Source: Clostridia bacterium (GTDB lineage Bacteria; Bacillota; Clostridia; Oscillospirales; JAAYXM01). From it: 54,311 nucleotides of DNA. Every line of letters begins with the position of its first letter. Position 1 is the first letter of the stretch. Location: NCBI GenBank assembly GCA_017559855.1, contig JAFYQP010000005.1:1-54311 (forward strand), in the 5' to 3' direction. The notes under the pieces were generated by a model. The model was not told the DNA's origin. It saw nothing but the letters and a program-made list of their open reading frames with translations, and ran no database searches. Positions 45,914 through 54,311 of the stretch are shown piece after piece. A program made the translations under genes and the position numbers.

Positions 45914-48664
45914 TTAGGCATCTCTGCCGCAGCAATGCTTATATTTTTTTCCGCTTCCACAAGGACACGGCTCGTTACGGCCGACCTTTTGTGCCTTCTT
46001 TACCGGCTGTTTTTTAAGGGATTCATCCCCGCCGCCGGACTCTCCCGTGATTTTTGCAACCTGCTCACGCTTGGGTGCCTCACTCTGGATTCGTACTGCA
46101 AAAAGGTTGCGTACCGTGGTTTCGGCGATGGAGGCGTTCATTTCCTCAAACATCTCAAAACCTGCGTTCTTATACTCGTCAATGGGGTTACGCTGTGCAT
46201 AGGCGTTAAGGCCGATACCCTGACGGAGTTCGTGCATGGCGTCAATATGATTCATCCAATGTTCGTCAACCGCACGAAGAAGGATAACACGCTCCGCCTC
46301 ACGCATAATGGGTGAGCCTGCAAGTGCTTCCTTTGCCTCATACGCCGCATCGGCAAGTTCATAAACGTCTTCCGCAAGTTTCTCTGCATCATAATCCCAG
46401 GAATTTAAATCTTCAACGGAGAAATTGAGGTCGTCGGGCTTTAAGAACATACCGTCAAATTTTTCGTGTACCTGATGGATGTGGTAGGTCTGCACGTATT
46501 TTTCGGGAGCAACAATATCGGAAACCGTGGCAAAAACCGTGTCACGGATCATCTTTTTAATAGATGCCGCAATATCGTCACCGTTTAATACGGTCTGTCT
46601 CTGAGAGTAGATAATCTCACGGTGCTTGTTCATTACGTCGTCGTACTCAAGCACGTTTTTACGAATTGCAAAGTTTCGGGACTCGACTTTCTTTTGTGCA
46701 TTTTCGATTGCACTTGTAAGGATGCCCGGATCAATGGGATCATCTTCACCGAGACCGAGAGTGTTTGCCATATTCATAACTCGCTCCGAGCCGAAAATAC
46801 GCATAATATCATCGTCGAGAGCGAGGAAGAAACGGCTTACGCCTTCATCGCCCTGACGGCCGGCACGACCACGCAACTGATTATCAATTCGGCGTGATTC
46901 GTGACGTTCGCTGCCGATGATAAAGAGACCGCCAACGGAGCGAACTTTTGCCGCTTCCGCGTCGCAGACTTCTTTGTGCTTCTTGTAGAGTTCGCGATAC
47001 TGTGCACGTGCTTCCAAAATCTCCGGATCATCGGTGGGGGCACTGCCGCCGGCATCTATGATAAGATTTTCGTCCATGCCCGCCTTGCGTAAATCACTTT
47101 TTGCCATGAAGTCGGCATTACCGCCAAGCATAATATCGGTGCCTCGACCTGCCATGTTGGTTGCGATGGTAACCGCACCGAGTTTACCCGCCTGTGCGAC
47201 GATTTCCGCTTCTTTTTCGTGGTGCTTTGCATTTAGCACAACGTGTTTAATGCCCTTCTTTTTAAGAAGAGAGGAGATCGCCTCACTCTTTTCAATGGAA
47301 ACCGTACCTACAAGCACCGGTTGACCGGTGGCAACACATTCCTCAACCTGACGGATGATGGCACGGAATTTACCCGCCTCGTTTTTATAGACAACGTCGT
47401 TTAAATCACGGCGGATCATCGGTCTGTTGGTGGGGATTTCCACAACGTCGAGACGGTAAATGTGCTTAAATTCTTCCTCTTCGGTAAGAGCGGTACCCGT
47501 CATACCGGAGAGTTTGTTATACATACGGAAATAGTTCTGGAAAGTGATTGTGGCAAGAGTTTTGCTCTCACGCTGGATATCAACGTTTTCCTTCGCTTCA
47601 ATCGCTTGATGAAGCCCTTCGGAATAACGACGACCGGGCATAAGGCGACCGGTAAATTGGTCAACGATAACAATCTGTCCGTCACGGACAACATAGTCAA
47701 CGTCACGGTGCATAAGACCGTATGCACGAATGGCCTGATTGATATGATGATGTAAAATTGTATGCTCAGGATCTGAAAGACTATCTAAACCGAAATGACG
47801 CTCCGCCTTTTCGATGCCACGGGCGGTAAGGGTTGCGGAATGGGACTTTTCATCTACGATAAAGTCATAATCCTTAAATGTCTCTTCAAGTTGTGCCTTT
47901 TCGTCGGTAGATGCTACCGTAAAGTGCGTTAAATGTTTTACGAAATTGTTTGCCTGCTCATAAATCAAGGTTGGCTTGTCGCCAATACCGGAAATGATAA
48001 GGGGTGTACGAGCCTCGTCGATTAAGATAGAGTCAACCTCGTCCACAATGGCAAAAGAATGAGTCTGACGCTGTACCATCTGCTCTTTATAAATCGCCAT
48101 GTTGTCACGGAGATAGTCGAAACCGAATTCATTGTTTGTACCGTAAGTGATGTCCGCAAGGTACTCCTCACGGCGTCGGTCACTAAGTAAATCATGGGTG
48201 ATAATACCTACAGTGAGGCCTAAAAAGCGATGGACACGGCCCATAAGTTCACCCTGATATTTTGCGAGGTAGTCGTTTACGGTTACAACGTGAACGCCTT
48301 CTCCCGCAAGAGCATTAAGGTATGAGGGAAAGGTTGCCACAAGGGTTTTGCCCTCACCTGTTCTCATCTCTGCGATTCGTCCCTGATGTAAAACGATACC
48401 GCCGATAAGTTGTACGGGGAACGCACGGAGACCGAGTACACGGTCTGCCGCTTCTCTGACGGTTGCAAATGCCTCTACAAGAATATCGTCTAAAGTTTCG
48501 CCACGACCGAGGCGTTCTTTAAACTCTGCAGTTTTGCCACGCAGTGCTTCGTCGGAAAGGGCTTTATATTCATCCTCAAGAGCGAGAATGCTATCAACAA
48601 GGGGCTGTATTTTCTTTACTTCACGCTCAGAGCGTGTGCCGAAAAGTTTTTTAAATAAACCCAT
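45914..48664 (-). CDS. secA: Preprotein translocase ATPase SecA
   Basis: MRTGEGKT, DEVDSILIDEARTPLIIS, ATNMAGRGTDI, RRIDNQLRGRAGRQG, C-terminal SEC-C CPCGSGKKYKHCC; start MGLFKK after GGAGG. Confidence 0.97.
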   Translation of the reverse strand: MGLFKKLFGTRSEREVKKIQPLVDSILALEDEYKALSDEALRGKTAEFKERLGRGETLDDILVEAFATVREAADRVLGLRAFPVQLIGGIVLHQGRIAEMRTGEGKTLVATFPSYLNALAGEGVHVVTVNDYLAKYQGELMGRVHRFLGLTVGIITHDLLSDRRREEYLADITYGTNNEFGFDYLRDNMAIYKEQMVQRQTHSFAIVDEVDSILIDEARTPLIISGIGDKPTLIYEQANNFVKHLTHFTVASTDEKAQLEETFKDYDFIVDEKSHSATLTARGIEKAERHFGLDSLSDPEHTILHHHINQAIRAYGLMHRDVDYVVRDGQIVIVDQFTGRLMPGRRYSEGLHQAIEAKENVDIQRESKTLATITFQNYFRMYNKLSGMTGTALTEEEEFKHIYRLDVVEIPTNRPMIRRDLNDVVYKNEAGKFRAIIRQVEECVATGQPVLVGTVSIEKSEAISSLLKKKGIKHVVLNAKHHEKEAEIVAQAGKLGAVTIATNMAGRGTDIMLGGNADFMAKSDLRKAGMDENLIIDAGGSAPTDDPEILEARAQYRELYKKHKEVCDAEAAKVRSVGGLFIIGSERHESRRIDNQLRGRAGRQGDEGVSRFFLALDDDIMRIFGSERVMNMANTLGLGEDDPIDPGILTSAIENAQKKVESRNFAIRKNVLEYDDVMNKHREIIYSQRQTVLNGDDIAASIKKMIRDTVFATVSDIVAPEKYVQTYHIHQVHEKFDGMFLKPDDLNFSVEDLNSWDYDAEKLAEDVYELADAAYEAKEALAGSPIMREAERVILLRAVDEHWMNHIDAMHELRQGIGLNAYAQRNPIDEYKNAGFEMFEEMNASIAETTVRNLFAVRIQSEAPKREQVAKITGESGGGDESLKKQPVKKAQKVGRNEPCPCGSGKKYKHCCGRDA

Positions 48665-48775
48665 GAGTAATGCCTCCAAAAAATAAAATCAAATACATTA
48701 TAGCACATGTATTTTATATTAAGAAGAGATTTGCCCGATTTTTCACAAAAATGTAACATTGAAAAAATCTGTAGA

Positions 48776-48811
48776 ATAAAAAAGCCGAGTGGGTTTTACC
48801 ACTCGGCTTTT
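48776..48811 (-). terminator. Rho-independent terminator of glyQS
   Basis: AAAAGCCGAGTGG-gtttta-CCACTCGGCTTTT with a U-tract on the minus strand. Confidence 0.85.
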
Positions 48812-48815
48812 ATCG

Positions 48816-50195
48816 TTAGAATTCGATTTTCTTCGTGATGTAGGATACGAGATCTTCGATTTTAACTCGCTCCTGCTCCATTGTGTCACGGTCACGGACG
48901 GTAACGCATCCGTCTTCTTCACTCTCAAAGTCGTAAGTGATACAGAAGGGAGTGCCTGCCTCGTCCTGACGGCGGTAACGCTTGCCGATTGAACCTGCAT
49001 CGTCAAAGTCAACGGAGAAGTGCTTTGCAAGGTCAGCATAAAGGTCGCCTGCCTTGTCGCTGAGTTTCTTGGACAAGGGAAGGATTGCACACTTATAAGG
49101 TGCAAGTGCCGGATGTAAGCGGAGAACGATACGAACGTCGTTCTTCTCTGCATCAACAACCTCTTCGTCATATGCTTCGCAAAGGAATGCGAGTGCAACA
49201 CGGTCAGCACCGAGTGACGGCTCGATAACGTAGGGAACGTATTTCTCGTTGGTTTCCGGATCGAAGTATTCCATATTTTCGCCGGAATGAGTCTGATGAG
49301 CCTTAAGGTCGAAGTCGGTACGATCTGCAATACCCCAAAGTTCACCCCAACCGAAGGGGAAGAGGTACTCGATATCGGTGGTAGCGTTTGAATAGTGTGA
49401 AAGTTCCTCCTGCTCGTGGTCACGGAGTTTTAAGTTCTCGCTCTTGATGCCGAGGTCTAAAAGGAACTTCTCGCAGTAGTCTTTCCAATACTTAAACCAT
49501 TCTAAATCAGTACCGGGTTTGCAGAAGAACTCAAGTTCCATCTGCTCAAACTCACGGGTACGGAAGGTGAAGTTACCGGGGGTAATTTCGTTACGGAAAG
49601 ACTTACCAACCTGACCGACACCAAAGGGAACTTTCTTACGGGTGGTACGCTGGATGGACTTAAAGTCTACGAAAATACCCTGAGCGGTTTCCGGACGAAG
49701 GAAGAGTTCGTTCTTTGCATCCTCGGTAACGCCCTGGAAGGTTTTGAACATAAGGTTGAACTTACGGATATCGGTAAAGTTCTGCTTACCACAGTCGGGA
49801 CAAACAATGTTGTTGTCCTTGATATACTGTGTCATCTGCTCGAAGGACCAACCTGCGGGATTTCCGCCTGCTGCCTCGATAAGCTGGTCTGCACGGTGAC
49901 GGGTTTTACATTCCTTACAGTCCATAAGCGGATCGGAGAAGCCGCCAACGTGACCGGAAGCAACCCATACCTGCGGGTTCATAAGAATAGCGGAGTCAAG
50001 ACCTACGTTGTAACGGCTTTCCTGAACGAATTTCTTCCACCAAGCACGTTTTACGTTGTTCTTGAATTCAACACCCAAGGGGCCGTAGTCCCAGGTGTTT
50101 GCGAGACCGCCATAAATCTCACTACCGCTGTAAACATAGCCGCGTCCCTTACAGAGAGCGACGATTTTTTCCATTGTTTTTTCGGTGTTTTTCAT
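48816..50195 (-). CDS. glyQS: Glycine--tRNA ligase, alpha2 (eukaryote/archaea-type)
   Basis: [56 protein letters not shown]. Confidence 0.96.
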   Translation of the reverse strand: MKNTEKTMEKIVALCKGRGYVYSGSEIYGGLANTWDYGPLGVEFKNNVKRAWWKKFVQESRYNVGLDSAILMNPQVWVASGHVGGFSDPLMDCKECKTRHRADQLIEAAGGNPAGWSFEQMTQYIKDNNIVCPDCGKQNFTDIRKFNLMFKTFQGVTEDAKNELFLRPETAQGIFVDFKSIQRTTRKKVPFGVGQVGKSFRNEITPGNFTFRTREFEQMELEFFCKPGTDLEWFKYWKDYCEKFLLDLGIKSENLKLRDHEQEELSHYSNATTDIEYLFPFGWGELWGIADRTDFDLKAHQTHSGENMEYFDPETNEKYVPYVIEPSLGADRVALAFLCEAYDEEVVDAEKNDVRIVLRLHPALAPYKCAILPLSKKLSDKAGDLYADLAKHFSVDFDDAGSIGKRYRRQDEAGTPFCITYDFESEEDGCVTVRDRDTMEQERVKIEDLVSYITKKIEF

Positions 50196-50280
50196 TTTTA
50201 TATGCCCCTTTGTTAAATAATAAACCTATACAAAGCCATTTTAACACAAAGACACCTAAAAAGTAAAGGGAAAAAGCAAT

Positions 50281-51258
50281 TTATTTTGAAATTTTCCCGA
50301 AATTTATGCCCTTGTAGTAAGTGGAAAGGATGTCACGGTAAATTTTACCCTCCTCTGCAAGGAGTTTTGCACCGTATTGACTCATTCCCACTCCGTGACC
50401 GTAGCCTTTTGTAGATACAGTTACCGTACCGTTTGCACAACTTACGGAAAAATTAGTTGAACGAAGGGATAAAAGCGTGCGGAGGTCGCTTCCCTTGAGC
50501 GGTACACCGCCCACGGTGAGTTTCATAACACCTCCGGCATCACTTCGGGTAATATCGGTTATCCAGAGCGAAGGATCGTCGCCGAAAACCATTTTAGGAT
50601 ATTTTTCCGCAAGTTTCTTTTTAAACTCGTCATAGGAAAAAGACACGGTTTTTTCAAAATTTTCAAGTTGGGTTTCCCCAACACTCTCAACACTCTGTAA
50701 ATACGGTACGTCCGAGCCCCATACGTCAACCGCACGTTCGGTTTTCCCGGAGGACATGGAGAAAAATACCGCAGATATGGGCTTTCCGTCATAGAGTAAA
50801 ATTTCTCCGTCGGTGCTACTTACCGCAGATTTTATTTTGTTTATGTAAATATTTGCCTTATCGCCCCAGGCTTTCTTTGCATCTTCGATTGGGCGGTAGG
50901 CCTTACAATGTGCGGAATTTGAGCAAACCATAGCACCCTGATGCTCACTCGACGGAGTGAGGGATGCACGGTTCATCGTGTATGTACGTGCCGCCACAAC
51001 CTGAGCCTTGAGTGCTTCAATCGGGAAGGAAGCGGGCATTTCTGCGGAAAGCACACCTTCCAAATACTTATCCAATGCAAGGGTTTCTACGGCTCCGTTG
51101 TGGTAAAGGGTTATTTCCGTAGCCGCATCAATACTGCCGTCTTTCTGCGGTACGGGTAAAGGAATTGCGTTGTTTTCGTCCCAGGGGCGTTGGACAAAAA
51201 TGGGAATAATAAAAAGAAGAGCCCACAATATAAGGCATAAAATGAGAAAACGTTTCAT
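50281..51258 (-). CDS. spoIID: Stage II sporulation protein D (peptidoglycan lytic transglycosylase)
   Basis: N-terminal TM, YLEGVLSAEMPASF.EALKAQ..AART, C/H zinc residues, LRSTNF, GYGHGVGMSQYGA. Confidence 0.9.
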   Translation of the reverse strand: MKRFLILCLILWALLFIIPIFVQRPWDENNAIPLPVPQKDGSIDAATEITLYHNGAVETLALDKYLEGVLSAEMPASFPIEALKAQVVAARTYTMNRASLTPSSEHQGAMVCSNSAHCKAYRPIEDAKKAWGDKANIYINKIKSAVSSTDGEILLYDGKPISAVFFSMSSGKTERAVDVWGSDVPYLQSVESVGETQLENFEKTVSFSYDEFKKKLAEKYPKMVFGDDPSLWITDITRSDAGGVMKLTVGGVPLKGSDLRTLLSLRSTNFSVSCANGTVTVSTKGYGHGVGMSQYGAKLLAEEGKIYRDILSTYYKGINFGKISK

Positions 51259-51287
51259 AGACATCAATCCTTGTATGGTAAATTTAG

Positions 51288-51316
51288 TTGACTTCAAGGT
51301 AAAAATGCGATAAAAT
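51288..51316 (+). promoter_or_regulatory. Putative sigma-A promoter of citrate synthase
   Basis: TTGACT-17 nt-TAAAAT. Confidence 0.65.
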
Positions 51317-51360
51317 ATAATTTAACTATGTTTGTCCCCCGAAAAGGAGGTTTTTAACCC

Positions 51361-52710
51361 ATGTTGTCATCAAAGGAATTTATTACAAGTTTATGTGACG
51401 AGTTTAAGAAAAATAACCACATTTCACCGGAAGTACACAGAAACCTGCGTGTTAAGAGAGGTCTCCGTAATGCGGACGGTACCGGTGTACTTGCAGGACT
51501 TACCCTTGTAGGTAACGTTCGCGGCTATACCATGATTGACGATGAAAAGTGTGCACTTGAAGGTAAACTTACTTACCGCGGCATAGACGTTGAGGATATC
51601 GTTGCGGGTATTACCGAGGAAAAACGCTTCGGCTATGAGGAGGTTGCATACCTTCTTCTCTTCGGTCAACTCCCTACCGAGGAGCAACTTGCGACTTTTA
51701 CAAAATTGATTGACGAGAACCGTCAACTTCCCAAGGACTTTACCGAGGATATGATTATCAAAGCACCCAGCAACAACATTATGAACAAGTTGGCAAGAAG
51801 TGTTTTGGTTCTTTACTCAAGTGATGATAATCCTGACGATACATCCCTTGACAATATGCTCCGTCAGAGCATTCAACTTATTGCCCGCATTCCGATTATT
51901 GCGGCACAGGCATATCAGGTAAAGAGACATTATTACGAGAATGAGACCATGTATCTCCACGTTCCGCCCAAAGGGCTCAGTACTGCGGAAACTCTGCTTT
52001 ACTGCCTGCGTCCGGATAAGAAATACACGGAGGAAGAGGCGAGACTTCTTGACATCTGCCTGATTCTCCATGCGGAGCACGGTGGCGGTAACAACTCGGC
52101 ATTTACCTGCCGTGTGCTTTCCTCCTCCGGCACCGATACTTATTCCGCAATTGCTGCTGCTATCGGTTCTCTTAAGGGCCCGCTTCACGGTGGTGCAAAT
52201 GCTCAGGTAGAGAAGATGCTTGCAGACATTGAAAAGAACGTATCTGATTGGAAAAACGACGATGAGGTCAAGGAATATCTCCGCCGCATAATCCGTAAGG
52301 AGGTTGGCGATAAGAGCGGTAAAATTTACGGTATGGGACATGCTATTTATACCGTTTCCGATCCTCGTGCGGTTATGCTTAAAAAGTTTGCGAAAGAACT
52401 TGCAATCAAGCGTGGTTTTAAAGACAGATTTGAACTTATTGAATCCGTCGAGCGATTGACACCCGAAGTGTTCTTAGAGGCAAAGGGTGACAGCAAACTG
52501 ATTTGTGCAAACGTTGACTTGTATTCAGGTATGGTCTACGAAATGCTTGATATTCCCAAGGATATGTACACACCGATTTTTGCAATTGCACGTATTGTCG
52601 GTTGGTGTGCACACAGAATTGAGGAGGTTATGTTTGGCGGAAAGATTATCCGTCCCGCATACAAGTCGATTTCTCCGGATGCAAATTACGTATCCCTTGA
52701 GGACAGATAA
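51361..52710 (+). CDS. Citrate synthase (Si-type citrate/2-methylcitrate synthase family)
   Basis: LTYRGI, LHAEHGGGNNS, GPLHGGAN, YGMGHAIY..DPR, ANVDLYSG, RIVGWCAH. Confidence 0.92.
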   Translation: MLSSKEFITSLCDEFKKNNHISPEVHRNLRVKRGLRNADGTGVLAGLTLVGNVRGYTMIDDEKCALEGKLTYRGIDVEDIVAGITEEKRFGYEEVAYLLLFGQLPTEEQLATFTKLIDENRQLPKDFTEDMIIKAPSNNIMNKLARSVLVLYSSDDNPDDTSLDNMLRQSIQLIARIPIIAAQAYQVKRHYYENETMYLHVPPKGLSTAETLLYCLRPDKKYTEEEARLLDICLILHAEHGGGNNSAFTCRVLSSSGTDTYSAIAAAIGSLKGPLHGGANAQVEKMLADIEKNVSDWKNDDEVKEYLRRIIRKEVGDKSGKIYGMGHAIYTVSDPRAVMLKKFAKELAIKRGFKDRFELIESVERLTPEVFLEAKGDSKLICANVDLYSGMVYEMLDIPKDMYTPIFAIARIVGWCAHRIEEVMFGGKIIRPAYKSISPDANYVSLEDR

Positions 52711-52712
52711 TT

Positions 52713-53498
52713 ATGAAAAAGTTTTTTTACCTTATCCCAACTGCGGCAGTGCTCGGACTCTTTGCCTCCTGGGCAAGAGGTTACGAACTTGCCTTCGGGT
52801 TTGACATGATAAGCGGACTTCCGGTATCCGGCGCGTGGATTGCGTGGCTGTTGATGGCGGTTGCCGCCCTTATCGGTGTCTGTGTTTTCTTTATGCTCGG
52901 CAAAAAAGTGCCGGAAGCAAGGGATGCAAAAAAATCGCCGGTGTATACAGGCGTGTCGCTTTTTGCGGCGGCGGTTATGCTGGGACACGCGGGATATGTG
53001 TTTTTCACAAATCAGATTGTCGGTGAGACGATTTTGTACCTTTTTGCAGCACTAAGTGTTTTAAACGCAATTTCCTTTGCACTTATAGGCGTGAAAAACT
53101 TAATCGCAAACGACAACCCGATTTATTCGGTATTTACCTTCGTTCAGGTGCTTTGGGCAACCCTTGCGGTTATTCTTGTGTTCAGAGAACGTGTGAGTGA
53201 GCCGATTGCAGAGCATTTTATATTCCTGCTCTTTGCTTTTCTGTGCATCCTTATGTTTGCTTATGCACAGACCGGATACGTCTTTGGCAGAAACAGATTT
53301 GCGGTTGCGGCGGTAACCGGTGTTGTGGGTGTTTACCTTGCATTGATTGAAATCATTGCACCGTTTATTGCAAGTGCATACAACGTTGAGTATTATCTCA
53401 GTCTTGATTTCAAAATCTTCCTGCCCCTTGTGGCATATGTGTTTTATATGCCGGTAGCGGTTTTGAAAATCCTGCGTAATGAAAATGACGTAAAATAA
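52713..53498 (+). CDS. Hypothetical polytopic membrane protein
   Basis: About 7-8 hydrophobic helices; starts 2 nt after the citrate synthase stop, RBS GAGG. Confidence 0.75.
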   Translation: MKKFFYLIPTAAVLGLFASWARGYELAFGFDMISGLPVSGAWIAWLLMAVAALIGVCVFFMLGKKVPEARDAKKSPVYTGVSLFAAAVMLGHAGYVFFTNQIVGETILYLFAALSVLNAISFALIGVKNLIANDNPIYSVFTFVQVLWATLAVILVFRERVSEPIAEHFIFLLFAFLCILMFAYAQTGYVFGRNRFAVAAVTGVVGVYLALIEIIAPFIASAYNVEYYLSLDFKIFLPLVAYVFYMPVAVLKILRNENDVK

Positions 53499-53535
53499 TA
53501 AAAGCCTGTGTGGATTCTATCCACACAGGCTTTTT
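53499..53535. terminator. Bidirectional terminator
   Basis: AAAGCCTGTGTGGA-ttcta-TCCACACAGGCTTT between convergent genes. Confidence 0.88.
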
Positions 53536-54111
53536 CTATTCTCCCAATTCGTCCAACGTAAGGCGGAATGCAGGGATAAAGTGTTCAATAAAGTAATCTG
53601 CTTCTTTTAAATTCATCGCTTTTAATGATGCAAGCGTGCTCTCCTCTGCACGGGCAAATTCTGCATTGCCGGAATTTTTCTCTTCAATACATTTAATAAG
53701 TGCAGAGAGTTTGTCCGCCGCTTTTATAATGGGTACATACTCTTCGGGAACATTTAACATCTCACGGTATGCGGGGGCGAGGGTGTCAGGAAGTGCGTTT
53801 ATAAGACGCTCGTTTGCGGTCTTTTCGATTTCACCGTAAATCCTGCGTATTTCAGGATTGTAGTACTTGATGGGAGTTGGCATATCACCGGTTAAGATTT
53901 CACTTGCATCGTGAAGAAGTGCAAGACTTGCCGCCTTGTCGGGGGAACATTCCTCGCCGAAAACATCACGCTTTATGCAGGCAAGTGCGTGGGCAAGAAG
54001 AGAAACGAAGAAACTGTGCTCCGCTATGTTTTCCTTACTTGTATTTCTCATAAGAGCCCAACGCTCAATATATTTCATTCTTGCAATAAGTGCGAAAAAG
54101 TTATTGCTCAT
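53536..54111 (-). CDS. yfbR: HD-domain 5'-deoxynucleotidase YfbR
   Basis: RMKYIERWALMRN, ENIAEHS, LLHDASEILTGDMPTPIK, KAADKLSA. Confidence 0.9.
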   Translation of the reverse strand: MSNNFFALIARMKYIERWALMRNTSKENIAEHSFFVSLLAHALACIKRDVFGEECSPDKAASLALLHDASEILTGDMPTPIKYYNPEIRRIYGEIEKTANERLINALPDTLAPAYREMLNVPEEYVPIIKAADKLSALIKCIEEKNSGNAEFARAEESTLASLKAMNLKEADYFIEHFIPAFRLTLDELGE

Positions 54112-54131
54112 AACAATCACCTCGTAGTGTG

Positions 54132-54160
54132 ATTATATCCTATTACGGCAAAAAAAGCAA
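54132..54160 (-). promoter_or_regulatory. Putative sigma-A promoter of yfbR
   Basis: TTGCTT-17 nt-TATAAT on the minus strand. Confidence 0.55.
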
Positions 54161-54311
54161 ATAAAAAAAGCGGCGCCTTCACTTAGGGATAAATCGCTTT
54201 AAAAAGGCATTTTTAGTCCATAACTGCACAAAAAATCTTGATATCCGACAGGATTATCTGCGATTTTATTGCTTGTTCTGAAACAAAAAATGCACGTTTT
54301 AAAGTGCCTTG

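Noticed and set aside
48743-49423. 226-aa alternate-frame ORF overlapping glyQS
   Set aside because: Same-strand shadow frame, rich in Ser/Thr/Arg as expected from biased codon usage; it crosses the terminator and has no RBS or motif.
51259-51345. Sigma-E promoter expected for spoIID
   Set aside because: A CATACA-like element exists on the minus strand, but no properly spaced -35 could be identified.
53508-53527. DnaA-box-like TGTGGATTC/CTATCCACA pair
   Set aside because: Part of a bidirectional terminator stem, isolated and far from oriC.
1-54311. CRISPR arrays, tRNA/rRNA genes, IS elements, prophage or retron-like elements
   Set aside because: No spaced direct repeats, cloverleafs, transposase, integrase or reverse transcriptase motifs were seen; intergenic gaps are short and mostly explained.
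54165-54311. Terminal non-coding stretch
   Set aside because: Truncated by the window edge; no convincing ORF or structure.

Overview
Replication-origin region of a low-GC, probably spore-forming Clostridia-class (Bacillota) chromosome; the taxonomy is inferred from gene content (spoIID, noc, SLH protein, T-box, alpha2-type GlyRS). It is almost entirely core genome. Left to right: iscU-iscS-rnhA-gyrA-gyrB-remB-recF-dnaN-[oriC with DnaA boxes and DnaA-trios]-dnaA on the minus strand, then rpmH-rnpA-yidD-yidC-jag on the plus strand. Next is a block running opposite to its usual direction (P-type Ca-ATPase, CYTH, mnmG, rsmG, noc, tandem parS, parA, parB, membrane coiled-coil protein, serS), with mnmE missing. 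This is followed by T-box thrS, metF/split metH, rny-ymdB-yhaO-yhaN, asp23-fakA-recG, then a minus-strand block (spoIID, glyQS, secA, SLH phosphodiester glycosidase, pepP, mnmA, cysE), citrate synthase, a membrane protein and yfbR. I see no rRNA, tRNA, CRISPR array, transposase, integrase or recognisable defence island. The best leads are subtle. (1) A bitopic coiled-coil protein is translationally coupled to parB behind a tandem parS pair. (2) A Ca-ATPase-CYTH pair occupies the mnmE position. (3) A membrane-anchored Mre11/Rad50-like pair is linked to ymdB/rny. (4) The DnaA recognition helix is divergent and the origin boxes read TTTTCCACA. (5) Several cis RNA/DNA structures are unexplained (noc anti-SD hairpin, rpmH leader, rpmH-rnpA switch, rny leader, a 14-bp operator-like palindrome). 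All functional calls come from motif recognition only; no database searches were run.
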